Positions 42,799 through 51,200 of a stretch of 64,000 bases of DNA are shown here, piece after piece. Source of the DNA: Candidatus Omnitrophota bacterium (lineage in GTDB: Bacteria; Omnitrophota; Gorgyraeia; Zapsychrales; JAHFFX01); the NCBI GenBank assembly GCA_023247725.1, contig JAHFFW010000007.1, forward strand, positions 12,243 to 76,242, read 5' to 3'. The position numbers were made by a program, and so were the translations under genes. Position 1 is the stretch's first letter. The number at the start of each line of letters is the position of its first letter. Below the pieces are notes generated by a model. The model was not told where the DNA came from. It did not search any database and worked only from the letters and a program-made list of their open reading frames with translations.

Positions 42799-43869
42799 TC
42801 AGTAATTTTTGGAAGAATCCAGAAATTCACTCATCTGAGGGGAACTTTTGAGTTTAGATATCTTGACATAGAAATCCTGAATCTTATCTTCAATCATGGC
42901 CTGGACCTGAGCCACGGCATTTTGGCGGCGAAGCATATTCTCTTGAACGACGCTCTGCAAATTATCAATATGGAACAACGTCACACGTTCAATTCCACCG
43001 ACCAGGGGATCAATATTTCTGGGCATGGAGATGTCGATTAAGATGAGCGCACGATTTTGGCGTAAGGCCATGATCTTTTCGATCATTTTCTTATCCAAGA
43101 TAAAATGCGGCGCATTGGCGGCGCACACGCAGATGTCCACTTCGCTCAGTGTCTCCTTGATGTCTTCAAAAGAAACCGGAATAGCCTGACAGGTTTCCGC
43201 CAGCGTCTGTGCCGCCGTACCGGTCCGGTTCATCAGATAAATATTCTTTGCCCCTTTATTCCGGATCTGCTTCAGGGTTAACTCTCCCATCTTTCCCGCG
43301 CCGATAATGAGCAATGACCTTCCGCTTAAAGTTCCCAATATTTGTTCTGCTTTTCTGATGGCAGCCCAACTGACGGAAGACCCGCCGCAGCTAATGTCGG
43401 TTTCGGTTTGGGCTTTTTTCCCCGTGCGGATCGCGACATTCGATAGAATATTGAAATATTTTCCCATCATGCTTTGAGCCCGGGCGCGATCGACCGCCAT
43501 CTTGACTTGACCAATGATCTGCTTTTCTCCCAAAACCAGCGAATCGAGCCCCGAGGTCACTCTGAACAAATGCCGGGTGGCTTCCCGATCTTCCAGATAA
43601 TAAAAATGCTGTTTTAATTCTTCTGCCAGCGGCATCTTTTTAATACGGGAAATCAACTGCAACAAATCTTCAAATAATTGGGAAGAATGCCAGGCGCGAA
43701 GATAAACCTCCGTACGGTTGCAGGTCGACAGCACCATGGCTTCACTGACATGAGGATAAGACTTGAGCTCACTTAGGAAGAGATCCTGCTGCAGCGGATT
43801 CAAAAACAATTGTTCTCTGATTTCGATGGACGCAGTTTTATGATTGATCCCAAAAATGAAGGTCTTCAT
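42799..43869 (-). CDS. hemA: glutamyl-tRNA reductase
   Basis: MKTFIFGINHKTASIEIRE and STCNRTEVY motifs; start set to ATG (track start is TTG 78 nt upstream); candidate promoter TTGATT-N17-TATACT just upstream. Confidence 0.85.
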   Translation of the reverse strand: MKTFIFGINHKTASIEIREQLFLNPLQQDLFLSELKSYPHVSEAMVLSTCNRTEVYLRAWHSSQLFEDLLQLISRIKKMPLAEELKQHFYYLEDREATRHLFRVTSGLDSLVLGEKQIIGQVKMAVDRARAQSMMGKYFNILSNVAIRTGKKAQTETDISCGGSSVSWAAIRKAEQILGTLSGRSLLIIGAGKMGELTLKQIRNKGAKNIYLMNRTGTAAQTLAETCQAIPVSFEDIKETLSEVDICVCAANAPHFILDKKMIEKIMALRQNRALILIDISMPRNIDPLVGGIERVTLFHIDNLQSVVQENMLRRQNAVAQVQAMIEDKIQDFYVKISKLKSSPQMSEFLDSSKNY

Positions 43870-43949
43870 GTCTTCGATCATTTCAATATTGTCGTGGTTA
43901 ATGCCTGAAGTATAACAAAAGCTTGCTGGAGAATCAATCATCCCCAAAA

Positions 43950-43990
43950 ATAATTGTGGGGTCGGGGAGTATTGTGACCCCGATGATAAA
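43950..43990 (-). terminator. possible weak terminator/hairpin after moaD operon (GGGGTC-12nt-GACCCC then T-rich run)
   Basis: Read directly on minus strand; 6-bp GC stem only, so low confidence. Confidence 0.3.
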
Positions 43991-44020
43991 AACTCTCCGT
44001 GGGGTCATTGAGTTACCAAA

Positions 44021-44096
44021 GGCGATCCGGTCATCCGTCGATCCGGAAATGGAAATCCGGATACCCGGATATCCGGGTCGTCATTGCCGGATAACC
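44021..44096. repeat. ATCCGG-rich palindromic repeat cluster (REP-like), related to 39332-39430
   Basis: gGCGATCCGGtcATCCGtcGATCCGGAAATGGAAATCCGGATACCCGGATATCCGGgtcgtcattGCCGGATAACC; contains perfect palindromes ATCCGGAT and CCGGATATCCGG; shares 28-nt block ATCCG(G/C)AAATGG(A/T)(A/G)AA(T/C)CCGG(A/G)TA(C/T)CCGG with region A. Confidence 0.6.
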
Positions 44097-44118
44097 TGTC
44101 ATTTCTTTTCAGCCATCT

Positions 44119-44373
44119 TCACCCCCCCGCCACCGGCGGAATAAATGCCACGTCGTCTCCGGAATGCAAAGGCTCATTCCAATTCCCGAATTGATTGTTG
44201 ATCGCTACTTTCAAATGACTTTGCTCCAATGGGAAGCCGTGCTTCTCTTTCAATTCCTTAAATAGCTGAGCCGGCGTCGGGGCGCTGGTGTGAATGGTTT
44301 CCCGCTCAAGTCCGCGCCTTTCCCTTAATTGCGCGAAGTAGTGAATATGGATGGTTTTTGTGGATGGAGGCAT
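44119..44373 (-). CDS. moaD: MoaD/ThiS-family sulfur carrier (ends in GG)
   Basis: 84 aa, C-terminal PPVAGG; follows mobA with 1-nt gap. Confidence 0.7.
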   Translation of the reverse strand: MPPSTKTIHIHYFAQLRERRGLERETIHTSAPTPAQLFKELKEKHGFPLEQSHLKVAINNQFGNWNEPLHSGDDVAFIPPVAGG

Positions 44374-44374
44374 C

Positions 44375-45007
44375 TTAAGCGTGGTGAGCGTTCATCGAGC
44401 CTTGCTTTAACTGCCTGACCGCTTTTTGATATTCCCGTGGATCATTGATGTTATCCAAACTCCCTTCCCGGTCTTGCCGAATCAATTCGACCGGAGAATT
44501 CATCATGATTTTTCGAGGGCAGAGAATCCCTTCGACAAAAAAACGGTTTAGTCGCGTTCGGTAGTTCGGCTCATAAATAGCGCATAATGGTTCCGGGCAT
44601 CCATCGTGAGTGCTCACATAGGCGGTCGCCAATTTGCGGCGATTGCGGGACTGAATCAATTTTTCCATAACCCTTTGGTCAACAAAAGGCAAATCGCAGG
44701 CCAAGATGAGCCAGCCCGCCTTGGGAAATTTATTCATGGCCGTCAGGATTCCGGCGAGAGGCCCGGCCTCGCGGAATTTCGCCGCATCATGGATCTGGGG
44801 AAACTCTTTATGATCCGCCAACCTTGCTTGTTCCTTGCGGTTGGAAACAAAAATCTTTTGGCAAAATGGCCACAACAAATCAAAACAATACGCCACCTGG
44901 CTTTTGCCGTGATAACGCAGAAGCGATTTGTCCTTTTTCATTCGCGCGCTTTTGCCGCCGGAAAGGACTAAGCCGTAAAGTGGTTTCTGCATTTTTGTGT
45001 GAGCCAT
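44375..45007 (-). CDS. mobA: molybdenum cofactor guanylyltransferase
   Basis: LSGGKSARM N-terminal motif and LILACDLPFV; 210 aa. Confidence 0.8.
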   Translation of the reverse strand: MAHTKMQKPLYGLVLSGGKSARMKKDKSLLRYHGKSQVAYCFDLLWPFCQKIFVSNRKEQARLADHKEFPQIHDAAKFREAGPLAGILTAMNKFPKAGWLILACDLPFVDQRVMEKLIQSRNRRKLATAYVSTHDGCPEPLCAIYEPNYRTRLNRFFVEGILCPRKIMMNSPVELIRQDREGSLDNINDPREYQKAVRQLKQGSMNAHHA

Positions 45008-45023
45008 TTGTCTACCTAGAACT

Positions 45024-46217
45024 TCACCAAGAATAAAACGCCACTCTTGTTCCTCGTTCCAGCCTTCGCCTTCCCGGATTTATTTGCACAAAGCCATCAC
45101 TTGAGGCCAACGCGGCAAAATCCCCTGATCCACCATACTCAACCGGCTCCACTGATTCCTCGTCATTCCCTTTTTTCTTTTTTACCGGAACAAACAGGGT
45201 CAAATCTGATGATGGTTGAGGCGTTCGGGCCAGGGGCAGCATTTCCGGGCTAAATTTTTTTCCCATCCTGGCAAGAAGCGCAGGAATCACATAACGATAC
45301 GTACACACGAGCGTGGACACCGGATTCCCCGGAAGCGCGAAAACCATTTTTCCTGCTTTATTTTTTCCAAACCAGAATGGTTTTCCGGGTCTTTGCCGCA
45401 CTTTATGAAAAATGACCTCAACCCCCAGCTCTTTTAGGACAGCCGGGACAAAATCAAATTTGCCCATGGACACGCCGCCACTTAAGACCAGCACATCGAA
45501 GCCCTTTAAAATCCCGCCCAGCTTTTTCCGTAGCAAGGCTTGATCATCCCGACAATGAAATATTTGAGAGTCATGAAAATGAAATTGCCTTAAAGCGGCC
45601 TGAACCGCATAAGAATTGGAGGTCCTCACCTGATAGTCATGAACCGGACGACCAAGATCGACCAGCTCATCGCCCGTGGAGACCACCGCAATCCGCGGTT
45701 GGTGATTCACCTTGATTCTATCTTTGCCAACAGAGGCAGCGATGGAAATCTGGGCCGGCCCCAAAACCGCGCCCGAGGATAAAAGGAGATTCCCTTTGCG
45801 TTCGTCGGCTCCGCGCCAACGGACAAATTGAAAAGATTGCAACTCCAAATCATCCGGGAATCGAATCTTTTGACCTTCCTGGTGAACTTGTTCAACCGGG
45901 ACGATGCAATCACATCCGGCCGGAAGCGCACCTCCCGTCATGATTTCGAAACAAAATTTTTGGCTTCTGAGCCGGTCCGGAGGTTGACCAGCGGGCTGAA
46001 TTCCTTGAACGATGAATTCGCGCTGACCGTGTGCATAGCTTTTTAATGCGATCGCGATCCCATCGACTAACGATTTGTGAAATGGCGGCAGATCGCGATC
46101 GGCCCGAATGTCTTCGCGCAAAACCGAATTCAAACATTGCCTCAAGGGCCGTTTGTCATCGGGGAAGGGCCGGCAATGCCGGGCAATCAGCCTTTGTGCT
46201 TCTAATACGGTGATCAT
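45024..46217 (-). CDS. moeA: molybdopterin molybdotransferase
   Basis: 397 aa from ATG MITVLEAQ (overlaps ccsA stop as ATGA); MoeA domain order and GGVSMG motif; track's 99-aa N-terminal extension is out-of-gene. Confidence 0.85.
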   Translation of the reverse strand: MITVLEAQRLIARHCRPFPDDKRPLRQCLNSVLREDIRADRDLPPFHKSLVDGIAIALKSYAHGQREFIVQGIQPAGQPPDRLRSQKFCFEIMTGGALPAGCDCIVPVEQVHQEGQKIRFPDDLELQSFQFVRWRGADERKGNLLLSSGAVLGPAQISIAASVGKDRIKVNHQPRIAVVSTGDELVDLGRPVHDYQVRTSNSYAVQAALRQFHFHDSQIFHCRDDQALLRKKLGGILKGFDVLVLSGGVSMGKFDFVPAVLKELGVEVIFHKVRQRPGKPFWFGKNKAGKMVFALPGNPVSTLVCTYRYVIPALLARMGKKFSPEMLPLARTPQPSSDLTLFVPVKKKKGNDEESVEPVEYGGSGDFAALASSDGFVQINPGRRRLERGTRVAFYSW

Positions 46218-48127
46218 GAGGAATAATGCTTGAGATTTTTTCTCGCCATGGGCACACAAATCACCAAGAACGCGATTTGACAAACAACGTAAAGGATCAG
46301 TGTGCCGGCGACACCGGCGGTAAAACCATAGGAATGCAAACCCACGTTTAAAAGATTGACCCCGAACCAGGCCCACATGACGACGATGATCCCAATGACC
46401 GTGCCCACGGCCATTTCCAAAGGGCCGATCATCTCTCCGACCCTGGCATGAAAAAGGATCGTGCACCACAGGACAATCAAAAGCGCTCCATTTTCTTTTG
46501 GATCCCATCCCCAAAAGCGTCCCCAGGATTGATCAGCCCAGATCCCTCCAAGGTTGGTTCCCAAAAACGTCATCGTTAAACCAAATCCCAGGACACCTAA
46601 GATATGGCGGTAGGTGTCCTCCAGAACCTGAGGACCCTTTTTGCTCATGGCTTGCAAGATGTAAACGTGACCAAGAATGCCAGCGACACAAACCCCCCCA
46701 TAACCCGTCGTGATACTCAGGACATGCGTGCTCAACCAAAAATTGGAATTTAAAACAGCAACCAGCATCCTTAACGTATCGCCTTCGGCGGCGTATTTCC
46801 CGGCGATGGTTAAAAAAATAAAGCCGCTGACGCTGGCCACAACCACTCCCAAACCTTTTTTGTGAATCCGCTCAAGAATCAATCCCAACAGGCACGTCAC
46901 GAATCCCACAAAAATAAATGTTTCATATAAACTGCTGACCGGAGGACGGTTCAAAATGATCACCCGGAGAAACAAACCAATCGCATGAGGAATAAAACCA
47001 ACGACGGTCAAAACGAGCCCAAGTTTTTCTAATCGGCCCCGGGGAAAAAGCAAAGAGAACAACAATGAAAAAAAGGCCAATAAATAAAAAATCTTAGCGG
47101 CCAGGAACAGATTCCAACGGTTGTAAAGGACCTCCAAAGAAAGTCCATCCAGTTTGCGCGCCAGTTTACCATCGCTTCTCGATAAAATAGAATCGGCAAA
47201 GGCCCGAGCCGACAAATCGAAATCCACCTGCCGCCCCGCATAATAGGCCTTGACCATATCGGATAAATCGATAACCTCATTGCGTCCCTTTTCTTGTTGA
47301 AAATTTTCAATGATGGCTTCCCAGGGACTCAACCATTCTTCGCTGGCGGTATCCATGGCCGGAACGATAGCCAAAGGAATTCCCTGATAGAATTGTGACC
47401 ATTGATAAAGATTACTTAACAGCTGCATCACAATGCGTTGTTGCTTCGTCCATTCATTCTGATCTTTTTGCTCGAGGTCTTGGGTCGCCGTCTGGATCAA
47501 ATTAGCCCTCATGGCAATATCCAGAAAAGAGAATTGATTTTGGTCAGCAGGCAATTCCAGCAATTCTTTCACTCTGGCATCGTTGATGCCAAAATCCGGA
47601 TGAGGAAAGACAAAATCAAAAGACCGGGCTAATCCGATAAATAATCGCACGTTGTTATCCAGGCGCAGAATCTCCTGCTCGACAATCGTGCGAGATTTTG
47701 AATCAATGGCGTTGGCTTTAACCGCCAATTCTTGAAGTTTAGCCAGGCCGGGTTCGATTTGCTCAAAGCTATAGCGCCGGTGCGGTTCCGGCTCCATATT
47801 GAGAGCACCGGGAATATCAGGATGATTGATTAAGAAAATTTTATCCGAAAGCACGGTTTCGGGGGCAAAAAGGAATCGGGCGAACCATCGAATCGCGGGT
47901 TTCCGGTTAACGGTGGTGTCACCGGAAAATTGCAACAAAAGATTACTGGCAAAGGTGTCGAGGGGTTTGACTCTACCCTCATGCAAAATAGCCAAATGGG
48001 AAAACACCGAAAGATTGGCCACCTCTTTCGGTTTTGTTTTGGTGGTCAGGGGGCAAAACTGTTGCGTAAGGGTGCTTGCCGCAAAAAAAACCCAGATGAA
48101 TGCTGTAAGAAAAAATTTTTTAGCCAT
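46214..48127 (-). CDS. ccsA: cytochrome c biogenesis protein CcsA/ResC (System II), long form with N-terminal periplasmic domain
   Basis: WGRFWGWDPKENGAL tryptophan-rich heme-handling (WWD) motif, conserved His in TM helices; 637 aa; ATG overlaps resB 3' end by 8 nt. Confidence 0.8.
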   Translation of the reverse strand: MAKKFFLTAFIWVFFAASTLTQQFCPLTTKTKPKEVANLSVFSHLAILHEGRVKPLDTFASNLLLQFSGDTTVNRKPAIRWFARFLFAPETVLSDKIFLINHPDIPGALNMEPEPHRRYSFEQIEPGLAKLQELAVKANAIDSKSRTIVEQEILRLDNNVRLFIGLARSFDFVFPHPDFGINDARVKELLELPADQNQFSFLDIAMRANLIQTATQDLEQKDQNEWTKQQRIVMQLLSNLYQWSQFYQGIPLAIVPAMDTASEEWLSPWEAIIENFQQEKGRNEVIDLSDMVKAYYAGRQVDFDLSARAFADSILSRSDGKLARKLDGLSLEVLYNRWNLFLAAKIFYLLAFFSLLFSLLFPRGRLEKLGLVLTVVGFIPHAIGLFLRVIILNRPPVSSLYETFIFVGFVTCLLGLILERIHKKGLGVVVASVSGFIFLTIAGKYAAEGDTLRMLVAVLNSNFWLSTHVLSITTGYGGVCVAGILGHVYILQAMSKKGPQVLEDTYRHILGVLGFGLTMTFLGTNLGGIWADQSWGRFWGWDPKENGALLIVLWCTILFHARVGEMIGPLEMAVGTVIGIIVVMWAWFGVNLLNVGLHSYGFTAGVAGTLILYVVCQIAFLVICVPMARKNLKHYSS

Positions 48128-49265
48128 TGGATATCATTTCCCCTTGAGTTTTGATTAACCCGCTTATCCCAAAATGGATAACCAGGCCCGCAAACGTAAG
48201 GAGACTCGAGATATAAGGAAGCAAACGGCCGGCATTCCTAACGACGGCGAACGTGGAATATTCCTGGCCTTGCGGATCGATCGAATACGAGGCTTGATAA
48301 AAAGTATAATTTTTAAAGCGGAACGGTTTATTCATGGAAATAAGAACATCACGGCTGAGATTATTTGCTTGTACAGAAACTTTGCTTTCATAACTTCTGG
48401 CAATATCCGTTTGCGGATGCCGTTCCATCAGAAAATCCACGAGCTTCATCTGGACCGGCAAGGGATAACGACGGTGACGTAATAGAAAATAATAGGTTTT
48501 CCCGCCCGGGTTGAGTGGCGTGGGTTCTTCTTCCGCTCCAAACAACAGCAGACGCAGCTTTTGCCCCTCTTTCGTCTCGATTTGAAAGATTCCGCCCGGA
48601 ATATTCTTCTCTATGTCTTTCTGAGATTCGAGAGGTTTAAGCCACTCAATGCCCGAGATATTGAACGGTATATCTTTCTTTTCTATTGCGTCCGTATAAC
48701 CCTGAGCATTGGCAAAATAGGCTTCCACGGTTACGGTAAACCCTTGATCGGAAAAATCCAAGACCTTTCCCGGGGAAAAATCGTCGGTATTGTAAGCCAT
48801 AATTTTTTTATCCCCCGACTTTTCCTTCCAGACCGATAATTCCCATTGCCGGTAATCAGCCGAGGTATCCGAAGATTGGCCTTCTTTGAGGGTCAGCTGG
48901 GATTCTTCTACACCATGAAGGGTCACATAGGCGGCGACAAAATACGTCAAGAGGCCGAAATGAACGACAAGGATTCCTAAATTCTGCCAGCGGTAAATAA
49001 ATCGGGTGATGGCCATGCTCACCAGATTAAAAAACAAAATCCATAAAACCAGTTGGGCACCGGGAAAAGGGAAAAATCCCAAGGCTAAAAAAAAGAAGGA
49101 ATGGAAAAACCGTTCCTGAGTGACATAAAGTCCCTGATGAATTTGAGCGACGGTGCCCCAAAAGGTGAGGATGAGCAAGAGCAGCAGGCAGACAACCGTC
49201 AGCTGCAACGAAGATAAAACTTTAAAAAACCAAATACCGGCTAAACGTTGCCGCCAAGGACTCAT
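48120..49265 (-). CDS. resB: cytochrome c biogenesis protein ResB/CcsB (System II)
   Basis: N-terminal TM with conserved His, large periplasmic domain, C-terminal TMs; start set at ATG MSPWRQ which overlaps upstream lipoprotein stop (ATGA); track start is GTG. Confidence 0.8.
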   Translation of the reverse strand: MSPWRQRLAGIWFFKVLSSLQLTVVCLLLLLILTFWGTVAQIHQGLYVTQERFFHSFFFLALGFFPFPGAQLVLWILFFNLVSMAITRFIYRWQNLGILVVHFGLLTYFVAAYVTLHGVEESQLTLKEGQSSDTSADYRQWELSVWKEKSGDKKIMAYNTDDFSPGKVLDFSDQGFTVTVEAYFANAQGYTDAIEKKDIPFNISGIEWLKPLESQKDIEKNIPGGIFQIETKEGQKLRLLLFGAEEEPTPLNPGGKTYYFLLRHRRYPLPVQMKLVDFLMERHPQTDIARSYESKVSVQANNLSRDVLISMNKPFRFKNYTFYQASYSIDPQGQEYSTFAVVRNAGRLLPYISSLLTFAGLVIHFGISGLIKTQGEMISNG

Positions 49266-50032
49266 GGATTTTTCACTTGCAGGGATTCGCACAACATTTT
49301 GAATTGATCGCGATTTTTTTGAATGCTCTCATAGGGTCCGCTCATTTTGACAAAGAGCGTCCGGCTGGGCGTCTGCACAATCGCGGCGAGGATGCTCGGG
49401 GTCGATGAATCAGGGGAATTTTGCAGGCCGGAGAGATCGACGACCTGGATCGGCGTGCCATCCTTTGTCTTAAATTTCTGCTGGCCACCGAGGAAGGACT
49501 GGATCTTCGCCTCATCCATGGGAGGAAGCTCAATCTGACCCAGCCAACGATTGATGTTCGCTGAAAATCCGCCAGCGTTCCCGCTCAAACTGATGATCGA
49601 AATATCCAGGCCAGGATCATCCGAGCGCCCGAATGCCGCCAACCGCATGTCGCCGGCACTTTTTTCTTGCCACGAATCCGGAGTCCGCCATTGCAAAGGC
49701 AAATTCGCTTTGGAAGCGAGGATCTGCGGCGTTAGTTCTCCCATGGGGGGAGCTTCGGTGGACGAATGAGGAAGTCCCCTTATCATCGCATGCGGATCTT
49801 CCCCTTTGGCCTGCATTTCCTTTAATTTCTGGTAGGCATCCTCGGTAATGTCAGCCTTGGAAAAATTTGGCGGAATCTCCGGGGAAGGCGCAGGCATGGA
49901 TGGTAATTCCAGCTCGTCGGCAGATTCATGCTCGAGATAGGTGCGGCGCTCTGATCTGGCCTGGCAACCGACAACGAACGCAAGCGCTGACACCATTAAA
50001 CAAATAACGATAAGACGATGGGACATGGGCAT
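49262..50032 (-). CDS. hypothetical lipoprotein (lipobox FVVGC), translationally coupled to resB
   Basis: Signal peptide MPMSHRLIVICLMVSALAFVVGC; Pro-rich linker then ~130-aa C-terminal domain; no family recognised. Confidence 0.5.
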   Translation of the reverse strand: MPMSHRLIVICLMVSALAFVVGCQARSERRTYLEHESADELELPSMPAPSPEIPPNFSKADITEDAYQKLKEMQAKGEDPHAMIRGLPHSSTEAPPMGELTPQILASKANLPLQWRTPDSWQEKSAGDMRLAAFGRSDDPGLDISIISLSGNAGGFSANINRWLGQIELPPMDEAKIQSFLGGQQKFKTKDGTPIQVVDLSGLQNSPDSSTPSILAAIVQTPSRTLFVKMSGPYESIQKNRDQFKMLCESLQVKNP

Positions 50033-50107
50033 TCGCTAAAAGTTTTTCGCCATCATAACAGATAGGCTAGGCAGATTCAACGGAAATCCCGACCAGTGAT
50101 GCGGATC

Positions 50108-50130
50108 CCTCTCACCCCCGGGGTGAGAGG
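50108..50130. promoter_or_regulatory. perfect palindrome CCTCTCACCCC-C-GGGGTGAGAGG in divergent promoter region
   Basis: Read directly between lipoprotein operon (-) and ABC transporter (+); candidate dimeric regulator site or hairpin. Confidence 0.4.
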
Positions 50131-50258
50131 TGGCCATTCCGGTCCGTGGTATCGCAAAAGAAATAAAAATTCATTTTTCCCTTCCGCGGAAATAAACTAT
50201 ACTACAGTTGAATATTATTCCTTCCCTAAAACACGTTGAAAATCTTAAGGAGTCATCC

Positions 50259-51200
50259 TTGATCTGTGCCAAATCCCTGCGGGTTGACTACGATGAGGTG
50301 ACCGCCGTTTATGATCTGGATTTGACCATCCCCAAAGGCCAGATCTACGGCCTGGTCGGACCGAACGGCGCCGGAAAAACCTCGACGATCAAAGCCCTGG
50401 CGGGAATCCTCGATCCCACTTATGGTGAAATCAAGATCAATGGAATCGATCTAGACTTACACCCACAAGAAGCGCTGCTCCATCTGGGATATATGCCGGA
50501 TTTTCCTCCGGTCTATGAAAATCTCAAAGTCTGGGAATACCTCGATGTCTTTGCCACGGCTTACCGCATCCCGCGGTCAAAACGTTTGACGCGAATACGC
50601 CATTGGATTGAAAAGGTTGATCTGACTTCTAAGTATGATGCCTTCATCCATACCCTTTCCCGTGGGATGCGGCAGCGTTTAGTCTTGGCCAAAACTTTAT
50701 TGCATGAACCATCGGTGCTCTTGCTCGATGAACCCGCGAGCGGCATGGATCCCATGGCCCGTATGGATTTGCGCAAGGCCCTTAAGGAAATTGCTCTTCA
50801 GGGAACAACGATCCTCATCTCCAGCCACATCCTGACAGAACTCAGTGATTTCTGCACGGCCGTGGGGATCATGGAAAAAGGCAGGATGGTTGTTTCCGGG
50901 ACCATTGAAGAAATCCGGGCCAGGGTCGGGAGCAAAGGCCGTTTAAAAATCCGGCTGGTGACGCTCGACGAAAAAATCCGCGACCGTCTGCGTGAGGAGC
51001 TAAAGAATCACGAATATGTTTTTGACCTCATGGAAAAATCCATGGGGGAATTCACGGCCTATTTTACCGGAAATCCGAATCAGGCCGCGACGTTACTGAA
51101 AGTTCTCGTTGAACGTGGTTTTCCGCTGGCGGATTTTCATTTGGAAGAAGAAAATGTGGAAGATATCTTTTTCAAGATCGGTGCCAGGGAGGTCTCTTGA
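50259..51200 (+). CDS. ABC transporter ATP-binding protein
   Basis: Walker A GPNGAGKTS, signature LSRGMRQRL, Walker B LLLDEP; start placed at TTG preceded by AAGGAG (track start 50208 is also TTG). Confidence 0.8.
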   Translation: MICAKSLRVDYDEVTAVYDLDLTIPKGQIYGLVGPNGAGKTSTIKALAGILDPTYGEIKINGIDLDLHPQEALLHLGYMPDFPPVYENLKVWEYLDVFATAYRIPRSKRLTRIRHWIEKVDLTSKYDAFIHTLSRGMRQRLVLAKTLLHEPSVLLLDEPASGMDPMARMDLRKALKEIALQGTTILISSHILTELSDFCTAVGIMEKGRMVVSGTIEEIRARVGSKGRLKIRLVTLDEKIRDRLREELKNHEYVFDLMEKSMGEFTAYFTGNPNQAATLLKVLVERGFPLADFHLEEENVEDIFFKIGAREVS

